From an uncultured Thermodesulfobacteriota bacterium (GTDB lineage: Bacteria > Desulfobacterota > JBBIRW01): a stretch of DNA of 64,000 nucleotides. Both the position numbers and the translations under genes were made by a program. Location of the stretch: NCBI GenBank assembly GCA_964505185.1, contig CAZDGM010000002.1:72597-136596 (forward strand). The letters are read 5' to 3'. Positions 1-8,553 of the stretch are shown in pieces. Position 1 is the stretch's first letter, and the number at the start of each line of letters is the position of its first letter. Under the pieces are notes generated by a model that saw only the letters and a program-made list of their open reading frames with translations, was not told the origin of the DNA and made no database searches.

Positions 1-330
1 TTTTCTTACTTCTATCACATTTTGTGAATTTATTACAATCCTGATCCCTTCGGATGCATAAGTTTCACAGCTTTTCAGGATTTCTCCCGTTTCCTCATTC
101 TCCACCACACAGAGCCCGCACCCTTCATATACCTCTCCTGCTTTTCCCTCTACCTTTCTTTCACCCTGATAAACAAATGCATCGGAGCGTATTTTTGATG
201 ACGGGGGAAGATCAGGATGTGTGCATAAATGAGGAATGTAAAAACCTTCCCTGAGCGCAGATTTCAGGATTGTTTCACCATCTGTTGAGCTTACCTTCCT
301 TCCATTGATAAAAAAATTAACCCTCTCCAT
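1..330 (-). CDS. Partial CDS, N-terminus only: 2Fe-2S cluster-binding domain protein (NuoG/FdhA/[FeFe]-hydrogenase N-terminal-like). It continues beyond the window start.
   Basis: Manual translation of the minus strand from an ATG at 328-330: MERVNFFINGRKVSSTDGETILKSALREGFYIPHLCTHPDL...GCGLCVVE. This is the typical 2Fe-2S ferredoxin-like N-domain pattern (INGxxV..GxTIL.A....G..IP.LC.HP.L......C..C.VE). It is not in the ORF track because it is truncated by the window edge. Confidence 0.5.
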   Translation of the reverse strand, partial: MERVNFFINGRKVSSTDGETILKSALREGFYIPHLCTHPDLPPSSKIRSDAFVYQGERKVEGKAGEVYEGCGLCVVENEETGEILKSCETYASEGIRIVINSQNVIEVRK

Positions 331-333
331 ATT

Positions 334-615
334 TTACCAGCTGTGGGTAATTGCCTTTGGATAACATGCCTCAATGCAGGGAAGGCTAATCCACCCTTTT
401 GCAGGTTTACATGGTGCACACTCATATTTGAGCGATTTCCTGTATATCTCCTTTATTGCAACAACTTCATCATCATAATCATCGATGATCTTTTCAAACA
501 TACCTTTTGGACATGCTTGAATACACGGCTTATCTTTACATACTGCACACTTGTCTGTATCAATGGAGATAAAAAACTCTCCGGATCCATCCATATATCC
601 ATAATTTGCAATCAT
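334..615 (-). CDS. 2x[4Fe-4S] ferredoxin (BzdM/Fdx-like electron donor)
   Basis: 93 aa with two CxxCxxxC...CP-type cluster motifs (CAVCKDKPCIQACP and CAPCKP...CIEACYP). It is the last gene of the BCR-like operon, separated by 12 nt from the upstream ATPase gene. Confidence 0.75.
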   Translation of the reverse strand: MIANYGYMDGSGEFFISIDTDKCAVCKDKPCIQACPKGMFEKIIDDYDDEVVAIKEIYRKSLKYECAPCKPAKGWISLPCIEACYPKAITHSW

Positions 616-627
616 ATATTCTCCTTT

Positions 628-1503
628 TTAAGCAGCACTTCTTTCCTTCTTCACTATTGCAGTTGCAAAGAGTGCCGCGCCTAATGCCCCTGCAATCTGA
701 CTATCATAATCAGTCTTCATCGCCTCAATTCCAAGCAGTTTCTCTATCCTCTTTACAACCCCTATATTTTTTGCAATTCCACCTGTTATAAAAAATTCCC
801 TTTCAACTGTAACCCTTTCAAGGAGTGTAACAACCCTCTCAGCCATGGCCTGACAGTATGCAGCAAGGACCTTATTTTTACTCCACCCCTCCTTCATGAG
901 AGCCATTGCTTCCGATTTCGCAAAAACCACGCACACATTGCTTACAGCAGGAACATCCTCATCAACTTCCAGTGATCTCTGTCCTATCTCCTCAATAGGA
1001 ACAGCAAGGAGATCCGCTATAACCTCCATCCCCCTCCCTGTTCCGGCTGCACATTTGTCATTCATAAGGAAATTGATAACCTTGCCTTTTTCGTCGCATT
1101 TTATCGCCTTGCAATCCTGTCCACCCATATCCAGTATAGTCCTTACCTTTGGACCTCCCATGTAGTTTGCACCCCTTGCATGGCATGCAATCTCAGTGAT
1201 TGCTCTGTTAGCAAAGGGAATATTTACCCTTCCATAACCGGTTCCCACAATGTAGTGTATCTTATCCATTGTAAGGCCTGTTCCCTCAATGGCGCGGTCC
1301 ATCGCCTTCTTTGCACTATCAGGGCTATTTGATCCTGTTCTTATGTTGCTGTATGCATAGAGTTCTCCATCAAGCATAATAACTGCCTGTGAACTCACCG
1401 ATCCCACATCAATTCCAGCAGCAATAATTTCCGCCTTTCTCCAGTCCATATCGGGATTTCTCCAGTTATACTCTTTCCATCTCCAGAATTCCCTATCACG
1501 CAT
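628..1503 (-). CDS. Activator-type ATPase subunit (BadF/BadG/BcrA/BcrD ASKHA family) of a BCR-like enzyme
   Basis: 291 aa. Glycine-rich phosphate loop AAGIDVGS near the N-terminus and conserved FITGGIAKN and CAAGTGR motifs typical of CoA-substrate-specific enzyme activases. It sits next to a second, different ATPase gene. Confidence 0.8.
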   Translation of the reverse strand: MRDREFWRWKEYNWRNPDMDWRKAEIIAAGIDVGSVSSQAVIMLDGELYAYSNIRTGSNSPDSAKKAMDRAIEGTGLTMDKIHYIVGTGYGRVNIPFANRAITEIACHARGANYMGGPKVRTILDMGGQDCKAIKCDEKGKVINFLMNDKCAAGTGRGMEVIADLLAVPIEEIGQRSLEVDEDVPAVSNVCVVFAKSEAMALMKEGWSKNKVLAAYCQAMAERVVTLLERVTVEREFFITGGIAKNIGVVKRIEKLLGIEAMKTDYDSQIAGALGAALFATAIVKKERSAA

Positions 1504-1508
1504 CTCTT

Positions 1509-2294
1509 TTACTCCTCCCTGATTTTTCCCTCAGACCCTATTAATGCCGCACCTATTGCGCCAACAAAATCGGGCTCCTCGGGGATTATTATATTTTCTA
1601 TTCCCAGCGATCTTTTCAGCGATTGAACAAAACCTGGATTCTTTGCAACCCCTCCAATAAAGGCAAGCTCCCTCTCCACACCAACCCTTCTAACCATTGC
1701 AGTAACCCTGCTTGCCATTGCATCGTGCACAGCCTTTGATATATCCTCCTTACTCGTTCCTGAATGGATAAGGGATACAACCTCCGATTCTGCAAAAACT
1801 GCACACTGGGCATTCATCGGTATTTCCTTATTAGATTTAAGTGATGCTGCAGCAAACTCATCCAGTTCCATCTCAACTGCCCTTGCCATTGCCTCAACAA
1901 AAGAACCCGCTCCTGCTGCACACTTCTCATTAACAGCGAAATCGATAACCCTTCCTGATGCATCACATCTTATGGCCCTCCCTTCCTCAGCTCCAACATC
2001 AATAACAGTTCTTACAGAGGGATATAAAAACACTGTGCCCTTAGCATCAGCTGTAACATCTGTTACACTGAATGTTGCTATATCAACAAGCTTTCTCCCC
2101 ACACCTGTTGAAACCACAGCTCCAAGATCTTCAAATCCAACAGACAGCTGATCCAGTGCCTTTTTCAATGCCTCCCTTGCGCTTTCCTTTTCATCAAATC
2201 CACCGGTGATTTTGCTCTTTGCCACGATCTTTCCATCCTTTATCAGGATAACCTTTATCATCTTTGCTCCCATATCGATACCTGCAAAAATCAT
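1509..2294 (-). CDS. Second activator-type ATPase subunit (BadF/BadG/BcrA/BcrD family)
   Basis: 261 aa, MIFAGIDMGAK...CAAGAGSF...FIGGVAKN. It is a paralogue of the neighbouring ATPase. A heterodimeric ATPase pair is characteristic of class I benzoyl-CoA reductases. Confidence 0.8.
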   Translation of the reverse strand: MIFAGIDMGAKMIKVILIKDGKIVAKSKITGGFDEKESAREALKKALDQLSVGFEDLGAVVSTGVGRKLVDIATFSVTDVTADAKGTVFLYPSVRTVIDVGAEEGRAIRCDASGRVIDFAVNEKCAAGAGSFVEAMARAVEMELDEFAAASLKSNKEIPMNAQCAVFAESEVVSLIHSGTSKEDISKAVHDAMASRVTAMVRRVGVERELAFIGGVAKNPGFVQSLKRSLGIENIIIPEEPDFVGAIGAALIGSEGKIREE

Positions 2295-2308
2295 CCTTTC
2301 CTCCCTTG

Positions 2309-3613
2309 TTAAGCTATTTTTGAAAGCCCCAGTGTTTCCATAAAGGAGTCTATCCTTGCAATAACCCTTTTTTCGTCGAATTCGTTTTCATCGCCCATAT
2401 TGCCCTCGTAGGTCATAACAGGAATACCATGCTTGATGATTCCGAGCCTGTTTTCCATAATTCCCATTGTAAGTCCTTCACACCCTCTGTTGAGATGAAG
2501 AATAACACCATCAACCTTCCATTCCCTTATGATTCTCAACATCATCTCTGTTTTTAATTTCGGATCATAGAAATGCTGCCATTCCGGCTTTGAAAGGTTC
2601 CAGTCTGCATAGTAGCGGAGTGCCTCATCCCTGTTTCTCAATTTAATGCCAAGCTGTTCAGGTGTCTTTCTCGGTCCCCATGAACCATCTTCCTGATCAG
2701 CAAAGATACCCTGAAGTCCAAATGTATACAGAGATCCCACTGAAACAGCACCAAAACTCTCAAGGTACCTGTAGATCCTGAGAAATCCCCAGGGAGGTTG
2801 TGTATCCGTTATCAGGCGGCACCTTTCCGTAGGAACAGCTGCTATACTCCTCTCAACCCTGTCCTTAACCTCGTCTCTGAGCTCTCTGTAAAAAGAAGCA
2901 ACCTCCTTTGATGCCTTGTTAAGCGTTGCAAGGACATACAGTGAATACATGCTTTTTTCATCAAGTGGTGCTGGAATAGCCTTATTAAGTGTACATATTT
3001 CAGCCCAGAGTGATGTAACTTCAAATTCCGTATTTATTGCTTCGATGAGCTTTTCATCATCGAATTTTCTTCCCGTTACCTTCTCCAGCCATTCAATGGA
3101 TTCATGCATCTGATTTACAACATACATCAATCTGTTTTCATCAAGCTCATTGTATGAACCAACGCTGACATCAAAGATAAAAAGGGGAACATTTTCATAC
3201 TCTGCAATTGCCTGGTACCATTTTGAATGTGTGCAACATATCTGAATCTGAAAGCAAAAATCGGGTTTTGGAAACTCCCCTCCAAAAAGATACCTGTTAA
3301 GATACATGGAGCCCAGATAGCTCCTCATATAAGCACAGAGATCATGGGTCCATCCCCTTGCTTCCGCTGCTTGCTGGCATTCTTCGTTTAGCTTTCTTTC
3401 AAAGGCAACGGAGGCCCCATAAGGCTCACTTGTAAGCACATATACATCATCGCCAAGCCCGTACGGGATTGCGTGAAATGACCATGCAGAGCCTGAATAT
3501 CGGATTCCTCCCCTCTCGTGTGCTGTTGCATAATCCCTGTATATCTTTGTCCTCAGCTCCTTTGCCTTGTTCCAGCATTTAAGGGGTTCTGATCTATATC
3601 TCCTAATTTCCAT
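2309..3613 (-). CDS. BcrB/BzdO/HgdB-like large subunit (2-hydroxyacyl-CoA dehydratase/benzoyl-CoA reductase family)
   Basis: 434 aa with the Cys-rich pattern typical of the HGD-D/BcrB family. It lies between the BcrC-like gene and the ATPase genes. Confidence 0.75.
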   Translation of the reverse strand: MEIRRYRSEPLKCWNKAKELRTKIYRDYATAHERGGIRYSGSAWSFHAIPYGLGDDVYVLTSEPYGASVAFERKLNEECQQAAEARGWTHDLCAYMRSYLGSMYLNRYLFGGEFPKPDFCFQIQICCTHSKWYQAIAEYENVPLFIFDVSVGSYNELDENRLMYVVNQMHESIEWLEKVTGRKFDDEKLIEAINTEFEVTSLWAEICTLNKAIPAPLDEKSMYSLYVLATLNKASKEVASFYRELRDEVKDRVERSIAAVPTERCRLITDTQPPWGFLRIYRYLESFGAVSVGSLYTFGLQGIFADQEDGSWGPRKTPEQLGIKLRNRDEALRYYADWNLSKPEWQHFYDPKLKTEMMLRIIREWKVDGVILHLNRGCEGLTMGIMENRLGIIKHGIPVMTYEGNMGDENEFDEKRVIARIDSFMETLGLSKIA

Positions 3614-3635
3614 TTCCTCCTCCCTTTAAAATTAA

Positions 3636-4796
3636 TTAAAACAATCCTTCATCAAACAGATCTATGCCCCCAAGCGTCTCAAGAAATGCCTCTACCCTTA
3701 CCCTGAATGGTCCCAATGGATTTATTGAATCAAATTCAAGAAGGATGGATGGGATACCGTTTTCCTGAAGGAAATTTTTGAGCACTGGATTGTCCCCCTC
3801 GTGAGGATCGCAGAATTTCTGCTGGATTATTATAGCCCCCTGAACATTGTAATCCTTTGCAAGTTTCAGTATATGCTGAAACCTGTTCCTTGCCGGATAA
3901 TCCTTTGTTGGACATGGGGGTCTATCGATATATCTGTCTGCAATTGATTGCATTATATCGTCTGAAATATCCACGGGGTTCCAGAAATACCTGCTCCCTG
4001 CACACTGCTCATCAATAACAATCGTCGCACCAAGGGATTCTATCATTTTAAGAAATTCGGCATCATCATTCTCGCTTCCAACAGTCATAAGCCTTATTCC
4101 CGTTTTTCTATCAATCCTCCTTTCCGGTAGAACCTTCAACACCTCCTCCAGGGCCCTGGTGTGCTCCTCTTTGTCGATAAACTGGCTTGTTATTGCCATA
4201 AACATACATTCAAGCCCTGTAACAGGTGGATGCTTCTCCTTTCTGAACTCATAGATCTTTCTTAAAAGATTGCGGTTTCTGTTCAAAAGCATGACGGCAT
4301 CCCGAAGCCTATCCCTTTCTATTTTCCTCCCCACCTCTTCCTCGATAAATCTTTTAAACCGCTCGAGCTCTCCCTTTAAATAGACCCTTGAAAATGGGGA
4401 TTGTACCTCATTGGGCATGGGAAGGTAGTAAGCATACTTTACAGGAATATGCGATCTCCATGTATTGAAGGTCTGCCGAAAATGCAGGCACGACTGGGCA
4501 ATGACAATACCATCGAGATATTCATATCTCCCTTTAAGGCCCTGTGCAAGTGCATCCCTGCAAAAGGGACAGAACATTCCAAAAATGAATGGCTCTGTAA
4601 CATCCTGAATCTCATGGCTTCCAAGGATGCGCACAGGAAGTATTCCGGCAGCATAAAGCATCTCTTCAGGTACATAAGTGCAAAAGGTTCCAAATATGGG
4701 CCTTCCTGTCCTCTCCTTCCACCTTTTCGCATATTCGTGCCGATTGTAATACCACTCATGGAATATATCCATCACATCTGAATGAAATATGCCCAT
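3636..4796 (-). CDS. BcrC/BzdN/HgdA-like large subunit (2-hydroxyacyl-CoA dehydratase/benzoyl-CoA reductase family)
   Basis: 386 aa with an FCDPH motif near the C-terminus, as in BcrC/BadD/HgdA family proteins. It is the first gene of the operon. Confidence 0.75.
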   Translation of the reverse strand: MGIFHSDVMDIFHEWYYNRHEYAKRWKERTGRPIFGTFCTYVPEEMLYAAGILPVRILGSHEIQDVTEPFIFGMFCPFCRDALAQGLKGRYEYLDGIVIAQSCLHFRQTFNTWRSHIPVKYAYYLPMPNEVQSPFSRVYLKGELERFKRFIEEEVGRKIERDRLRDAVMLLNRNRNLLRKIYEFRKEKHPPVTGLECMFMAITSQFIDKEEHTRALEEVLKVLPERRIDRKTGIRLMTVGSENDDAEFLKMIESLGATIVIDEQCAGSRYFWNPVDISDDIMQSIADRYIDRPPCPTKDYPARNRFQHILKLAKDYNVQGAIIIQQKFCDPHEGDNPVLKNFLQENGIPSILLEFDSINPLGPFRVRVEAFLETLGGIDLFDEGLF

Positions 4797-4836
4797 TTAA
4801 GATCCTCCTTTAATTTTTATCCCTTCATTGGCAGAA

Positions 4837-4852
4837 TGCAAATTCTATTCCA
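4837..4852 (-). promoter_or_regulatory. Candidate sigma-54 (-24/-12) promoter of the BCR-like operon
   Basis: Minus-strand sequence TGGAAT-AGAAT-TTGCAT has GG-N10-GC spacing matching TGGCAC-N5-TTGCW. It lies about 40 nt upstream of the start at 4796, and an NtrC-family activator gene is adjacent. Confidence 0.45.
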
Positions 4853-4961
4853 GAATGGAAAATTGTTTTATTTAATAAAATCTTGAAGAATATTGTATCC
4901 TATTAATTTTTCAAAATTTTCCGGATCCTTATCGATTCATAATCTCATGTCAAAGAATAGG

Positions 4962-4998
4962 TGATAAATTTTTATCATTTGAGGGATAAAAATTTTTC
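4962..4998. promoter_or_regulatory. Tandem imperfect palindromes, candidate enhancer (UAS) sites
   Basis: TGATAAA-TT-TTTATCA (4962-4977, a perfect 7-2-7 inverted repeat) and GATAAAAATTTTTC (4985-4998). Their centres are about 22 bp apart, roughly 110-150 bp upstream of the sigma-54 candidate. Confidence 0.3.
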
Positions 4999-5003
4999 GC
5001 TCC

Positions 5004-6380
5004 TCAATCAATGCGCAGCCTCTTTATGTGGTAGCAAAGGTTGGCCCTGTTTATCCCTAGTATTCTTGCGGCAAGTGCCTTATTCCCATTAGCCATCCTG
5101 AGCGCTTTCCTTATCGCACGGGCCATAACCTCATCAAGCAAAGAATTAATGTTAATACCGCCTGTCAAATCTATCTCACTTATAAACATATCCTTACCCT
5201 TATGCTCCCCAAGCATCTCCTTCGGGAGGTTAGCAACACCTATATAATCTATATCCTCAAGAATCATTATCCTTTCTATAGTATTCCTCAGCTCCCTTAC
5301 ATTCCCCCTCCAGGGATACCGGAGAAAGACCTCCTCGGCTTCCTTGGTAAGACCCTTTACTTTTCTATTAAACCTTTCGTTGAAAACCCCTATGAAATGC
5401 CTCGCAAGCGGAAGGATGTCTTCTTTTCTTTCCCTAAGTGGAGGAATATATATCGATATGACTTTCAGCCTGTAATACAGATCCTCGCGGAAAAGCCCCT
5501 CTTTTATGAGCTTTTCTAAATCCTTATTCGTTGCAGCGATAATTCTAACATCAAATGGAATGCTCTTAACACCGCCCACCCTTCTGAAGCTCTTCTCTTC
5601 AATCGCCCTTAACAACTTTGCCTGAAGCACCATATCCATGTCGCCAATCTCGTCAAGGAATATGGTTCCACCATCAGCCTCCTCAAAAAGCCCTCTCTTT
5701 GTTGTCTTTGCATCAGTAAATGCCCCCTTCTCGTATCCAAACAGCTCACTCTCAAGAAGATCCCTCGGAATCGCCGCACAGTTAATGCTTACAAAGGATT
5801 TACCAGCCCTTGGGCTTTCATAATGCAGGGCTCTTGCTATTAATTCCTTTCCTGTGCCACTCTCTCCATAGATAAGAACCGTAACATCGGATTTAGGTGC
5901 AACCTTACGAATGATATCGAATATCTCTCTCATGGCTGGACTTTCGCCTATGATATTCGGAATCCCATATCTCTTACTCTGCTCCTCAACAATCTTTTTC
6001 ATCTCCCTGTGAAGGGATCGGGTTTCAAGGGCAAGCTTAACAATTAATGATATTTCATTTGCCTTAAACGGTTTACTTATATAATCATATGCCCCGAGTT
6101 TTATCGCTTTAACTGCAGAACTTACCGTTCCATATGCCGTCATAATAATAATAAGAACATCAGATTGCATTTCTTTAAAATCTTTTAACAGCTCGAGCCC
6201 ATTCCCATCAGGAAGCCTCAGATCAAGAAGCACAAGACCGGGTGAATGAAGACTGAACTTCTCTCTCGCTTCATCTGCACTCCCGGCGAGATGAACTTCG
6301 TATCCCTTCTTTTCAAGTAGCTGCTTTAGAGATGTTCTTATAAGCTCTTCATCATCAACAATAAGAATCCTTTCACCCAT
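5004..6380 (-). CDS. Sigma-54-dependent response regulator (NtrC/AtoC family: REC + AAA+ + Fis-type HTH)
   Basis: 458 aa with an N-terminal receiver (IVDDEE...[11 protein letters not shown]), a GESGTGKE Walker A motif, a GAFTDA region and a C-terminal HTH. Confidence 0.9.
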   Translation of the reverse strand: MGERILIVDDEELIRTSLKQLLEKKGYEVHLAGSADEAREKFSLHSPGLVLLDLRLPDGNGLELLKDFKEMQSDVLIIIMTAYGTVSSAVKAIKLGAYDYISKPFKANEISLIVKLALETRSLHREMKKIVEEQSKRYGIPNIIGESPAMREIFDIIRKVAPKSDVTVLIYGESGTGKELIARALHYESPRAGKSFVSINCAAIPRDLLESELFGYEKGAFTDAKTTKRGLFEEADGGTIFLDEIGDMDMVLQAKLLRAIEEKSFRRVGGVKSIPFDVRIIAATNKDLEKLIKEGLFREDLYYRLKVISIYIPPLRERKEDILPLARHFIGVFNERFNRKVKGLTKEAEEVFLRYPWRGNVRELRNTIERIMILEDIDYIGVANLPKEMLGEHKGKDMFISEIDLTGGININSLLDEVMARAIRKALRMANGNKALAARILGINRANLCYHIKRLRID

Positions 6381-6395
6381 AATTAACTCTGTTAA

Positions 6396-8003
6396 TTAAC
6401 TGTTTGCTTTTTTATATGCCGGAAGATATATAGTAAATACGCTTCCCTTGCCTTCCTCACTTTCAACATCTATCCATCCCCCATGTTCCTTTATAATTGA
6501 ATGCGCTATACTCAATCCAAGTCCTGTTCCACGCTGCTTGGTTGTGAAGAATGGATCGAATATCTGATCTCTGATAAATGGAGGAATCCCCTTTCCGGAA
6601 TCCCTTATCTCAACAGCAATGAAATCGTCTTTCCTATAGGTCTTTATCTCAATTCTTGATCCAGGCTTACCTGCTTCCATTGCATTTATGCATAGATTAA
6701 ATAGAACCTGTTTTATCCTATCAGCATCAACATAAACATTAGTATTGTCATCACTTTTTGTGATTATCATCATCTGCCCTTCCTTCTTTAACCTTTCCTC
6801 AAATATCTCGGCGAATTCTTCAATGATGGTATTAATATCGGCAGGCTTCCTCTCGGGCATGGAGGGTCTTGCAAAATCAAGGAGGGAATTGACTATCCCC
6901 TCGAGACGAATTATTTCATCAGATATCCTCTCTATTAATTTTGAAGACTCCTCATTCATTGGAATCTCATCCCTTATGATCTCGAGGGAAACACTTATCC
7001 CTGTAAGGGGATTTCTAATTTCATGAGCTATACCGGCTGCCAGATGACCCAGTGCTGCCAGGTGACTCATACGCCTTATCTGCTCATCCATTTTCATCTT
7101 TTCCGTGAGATCATGCAAAATAATAATAGCTCCTGAGGACTTATCATCCTTATCCTTCATGGGCGCCATGGAAATTGATAGATACATCTCTCCCTTTCCA
7201 TGAACATTCATTCTTGTTTCAAAATAATTAACTATTTGTGAATTATTTATTACTTCTCTGAATTTTTCTGAAAGTTCATGATTATATTCAAAATACCTCA
7301 GAAACTGTTTTCCAGGATAATCTTTTCCATCAAAACAGAAATTATCTTCCCACGATTTATTTCCTAATATTATATTCCCTGATGTATCAACGGCGACGAT
7401 GGCATTGGGTGATGATTGAAGGATTGTTTTAACAAGATTCCTTTCCCTCTTTACTGTTTCAAGGAGACGATTCATCTCTATTACAAGCCCCGCCTGATTT
7501 GCAAACATCTGCAGCAGCTCAATATCCTCGGCTGTGATATCTGTTTTGCTGAAACTTCTGTCAGCTGCTATGGTTCCTATGACCCTTTGTCTTGCAAGAA
7601 CAGGAACATGGACACAACAACTTCTCTGTAAAGCAAGATTTCTCTTTTTATCAAGTTCTGTCAGCAAATCATCATACAATCCATCCTTTATAAAATAAAC
7701 CTTCCCTGTTTTTATAACTTTTGTTTCAACGCAATCATCTTCAGGAATTCTGTATTTTATATTTTTGATACTCATTTTACATCCAATATTCATAACACCC
7801 TCAAGGGTTTTCCCATCTTCACTCAGCAGATACAGAGCAACCCTGTCATATTTAAGCCCATTTATAATACTTTCAAGGATACCGTTCAGAACCCCTTCTG
7901 GAGGCATTGGGCTTGCCATCAGGTTACTTATGCGGAGCAGGCTCGATAGGATTTCACGAACCCTCAAGAATTCTTTTCTTCCCACCTTCATAGCCCCCAG
8001 CAA
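6396..8003 (-). CDS. Soluble sensor histidine kinase (GAF-PAS-HisKA-HATPase_c)
   Basis: 535 aa with no TM segment. H-box HEIRNPLTGI and C-terminal G1/G2 ATPase motifs (DSGKGIP, GTGLGLSI). It sits 15 nt upstream of its cognate NtrC-type regulator gene. Confidence 0.85.
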   Translation of the reverse strand: MLGAMKVGRKEFLRVREILSSLLRISNLMASPMPPEGVLNGILESIINGLKYDRVALYLLSEDGKTLEGVMNIGCKMSIKNIKYRIPEDDCVETKVIKTGKVYFIKDGLYDDLLTELDKKRNLALQRSCCVHVPVLARQRVIGTIAADRSFSKTDITAEDIELLQMFANQAGLVIEMNRLLETVKRERNLVKTILQSSPNAIVAVDTSGNIILGNKSWEDNFCFDGKDYPGKQFLRYFEYNHELSEKFREVINNSQIVNYFETRMNVHGKGEMYLSISMAPMKDKDDKSSGAIIILHDLTEKMKMDEQIRRMSHLAALGHLAAGIAHEIRNPLTGISVSLEIIRDEIPMNEESSKLIERISDEIIRLEGIVNSLLDFARPSMPERKPADINTIIEEFAEIFEERLKKEGQMMIITKSDDNTNVYVDADRIKQVLFNLCINAMEAGKPGSRIEIKTYRKDDFIAVEIRDSGKGIPPFIRDQIFDPFFTTKQRGTGLGLSIAHSIIKEHGGWIDVESEEGKGSVFTIYLPAYKKANS

Positions 8004-8193
8004 TTAACTCTTATCTATATGATATAATATCCAAAAAAAGACGATATTTGAACTGGATATTTTAGAAATCAAAAATCCATCACCGGAAGAATTCTCATTA
8101 ATCTTAAAACAATTAGCAGAAGTTTACTTTTCTGCTTATCAGGAGGGAAAGAGGGAGTATTTCTGGCATACAAAGAAAAGGGTTCTTTCCTAT

Positions 8194-8553
8194 TTGAAAT
8201 GGTTATACAGGAAAGATTCATCGGGATTCTTTATAGCCTGGGAAGAAGGAGTAATCCAGGGCTTTGCATCCGTACATTATAACTGGATTGACCATGATGG
8301 AAGGGAAGTTGTTGAACTCCATGAGATCACTGTAAGGAAGGAGAGCCAGAGGAGAGGGATCGGGAGGGCACTCATGATGAGGATATTTGAAGAGACGGCA
8401 AAAAGGGGGAGGAATTCCATCGCCCTTTGGGTTGGTGAAGACAATATTAACGCAATAAAATTTTATGAAAAGCTGGGCTTTATTGCGGAAATGAAGCTGG
8501 GGGTATGGATGAAGATGGTAAAGAGGATGATCGGGATGAAAGAAGGGCCCTGA
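8194..8553 (+). CDS. GNAT family N-acetyltransferase. The tracked ORF starts at a TTG, and the conserved N-terminal region extends upstream to about 8029 without a canonical start.
   Basis: Motif A RRGIGRALM. The upstream in-frame translation (LEIKNPSPEEFSLILKQLAEVYFSAYQEGKREYFWH...) looks like the GNAT N-terminal beta-alpha region but contains no ATG, GTG or TTG. Confidence 0.7.
   Translation: MKWLYRKDSSGFFIAWEEGVIQGFASVHYNWIDHDGREVVELHEITVRKESQRRGIGRALMMRIFEETAKRGRNSIALWVGEDNINAIKFYEKLGFIAEMKLGVWMKMVKRMIGMKEGP

Noticed and set aside
54-254. 66-aa plus-strand ORF at the window start
   Set aside because: It lies antisense to the better-supported partial minus-strand gene with a 2Fe-2S domain (1-330), and it has low-complexity, Pro/His-rich composition. 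Likely spurious.
4828-4841. Plus-strand TTGGCAGAATGCAA resembling a sigma-54 element
   Set aside because: GG-to-GC spacing is 6 nt, not 10. The operon is on the minus strand, where a correctly spaced element (4837-4852) exists instead.
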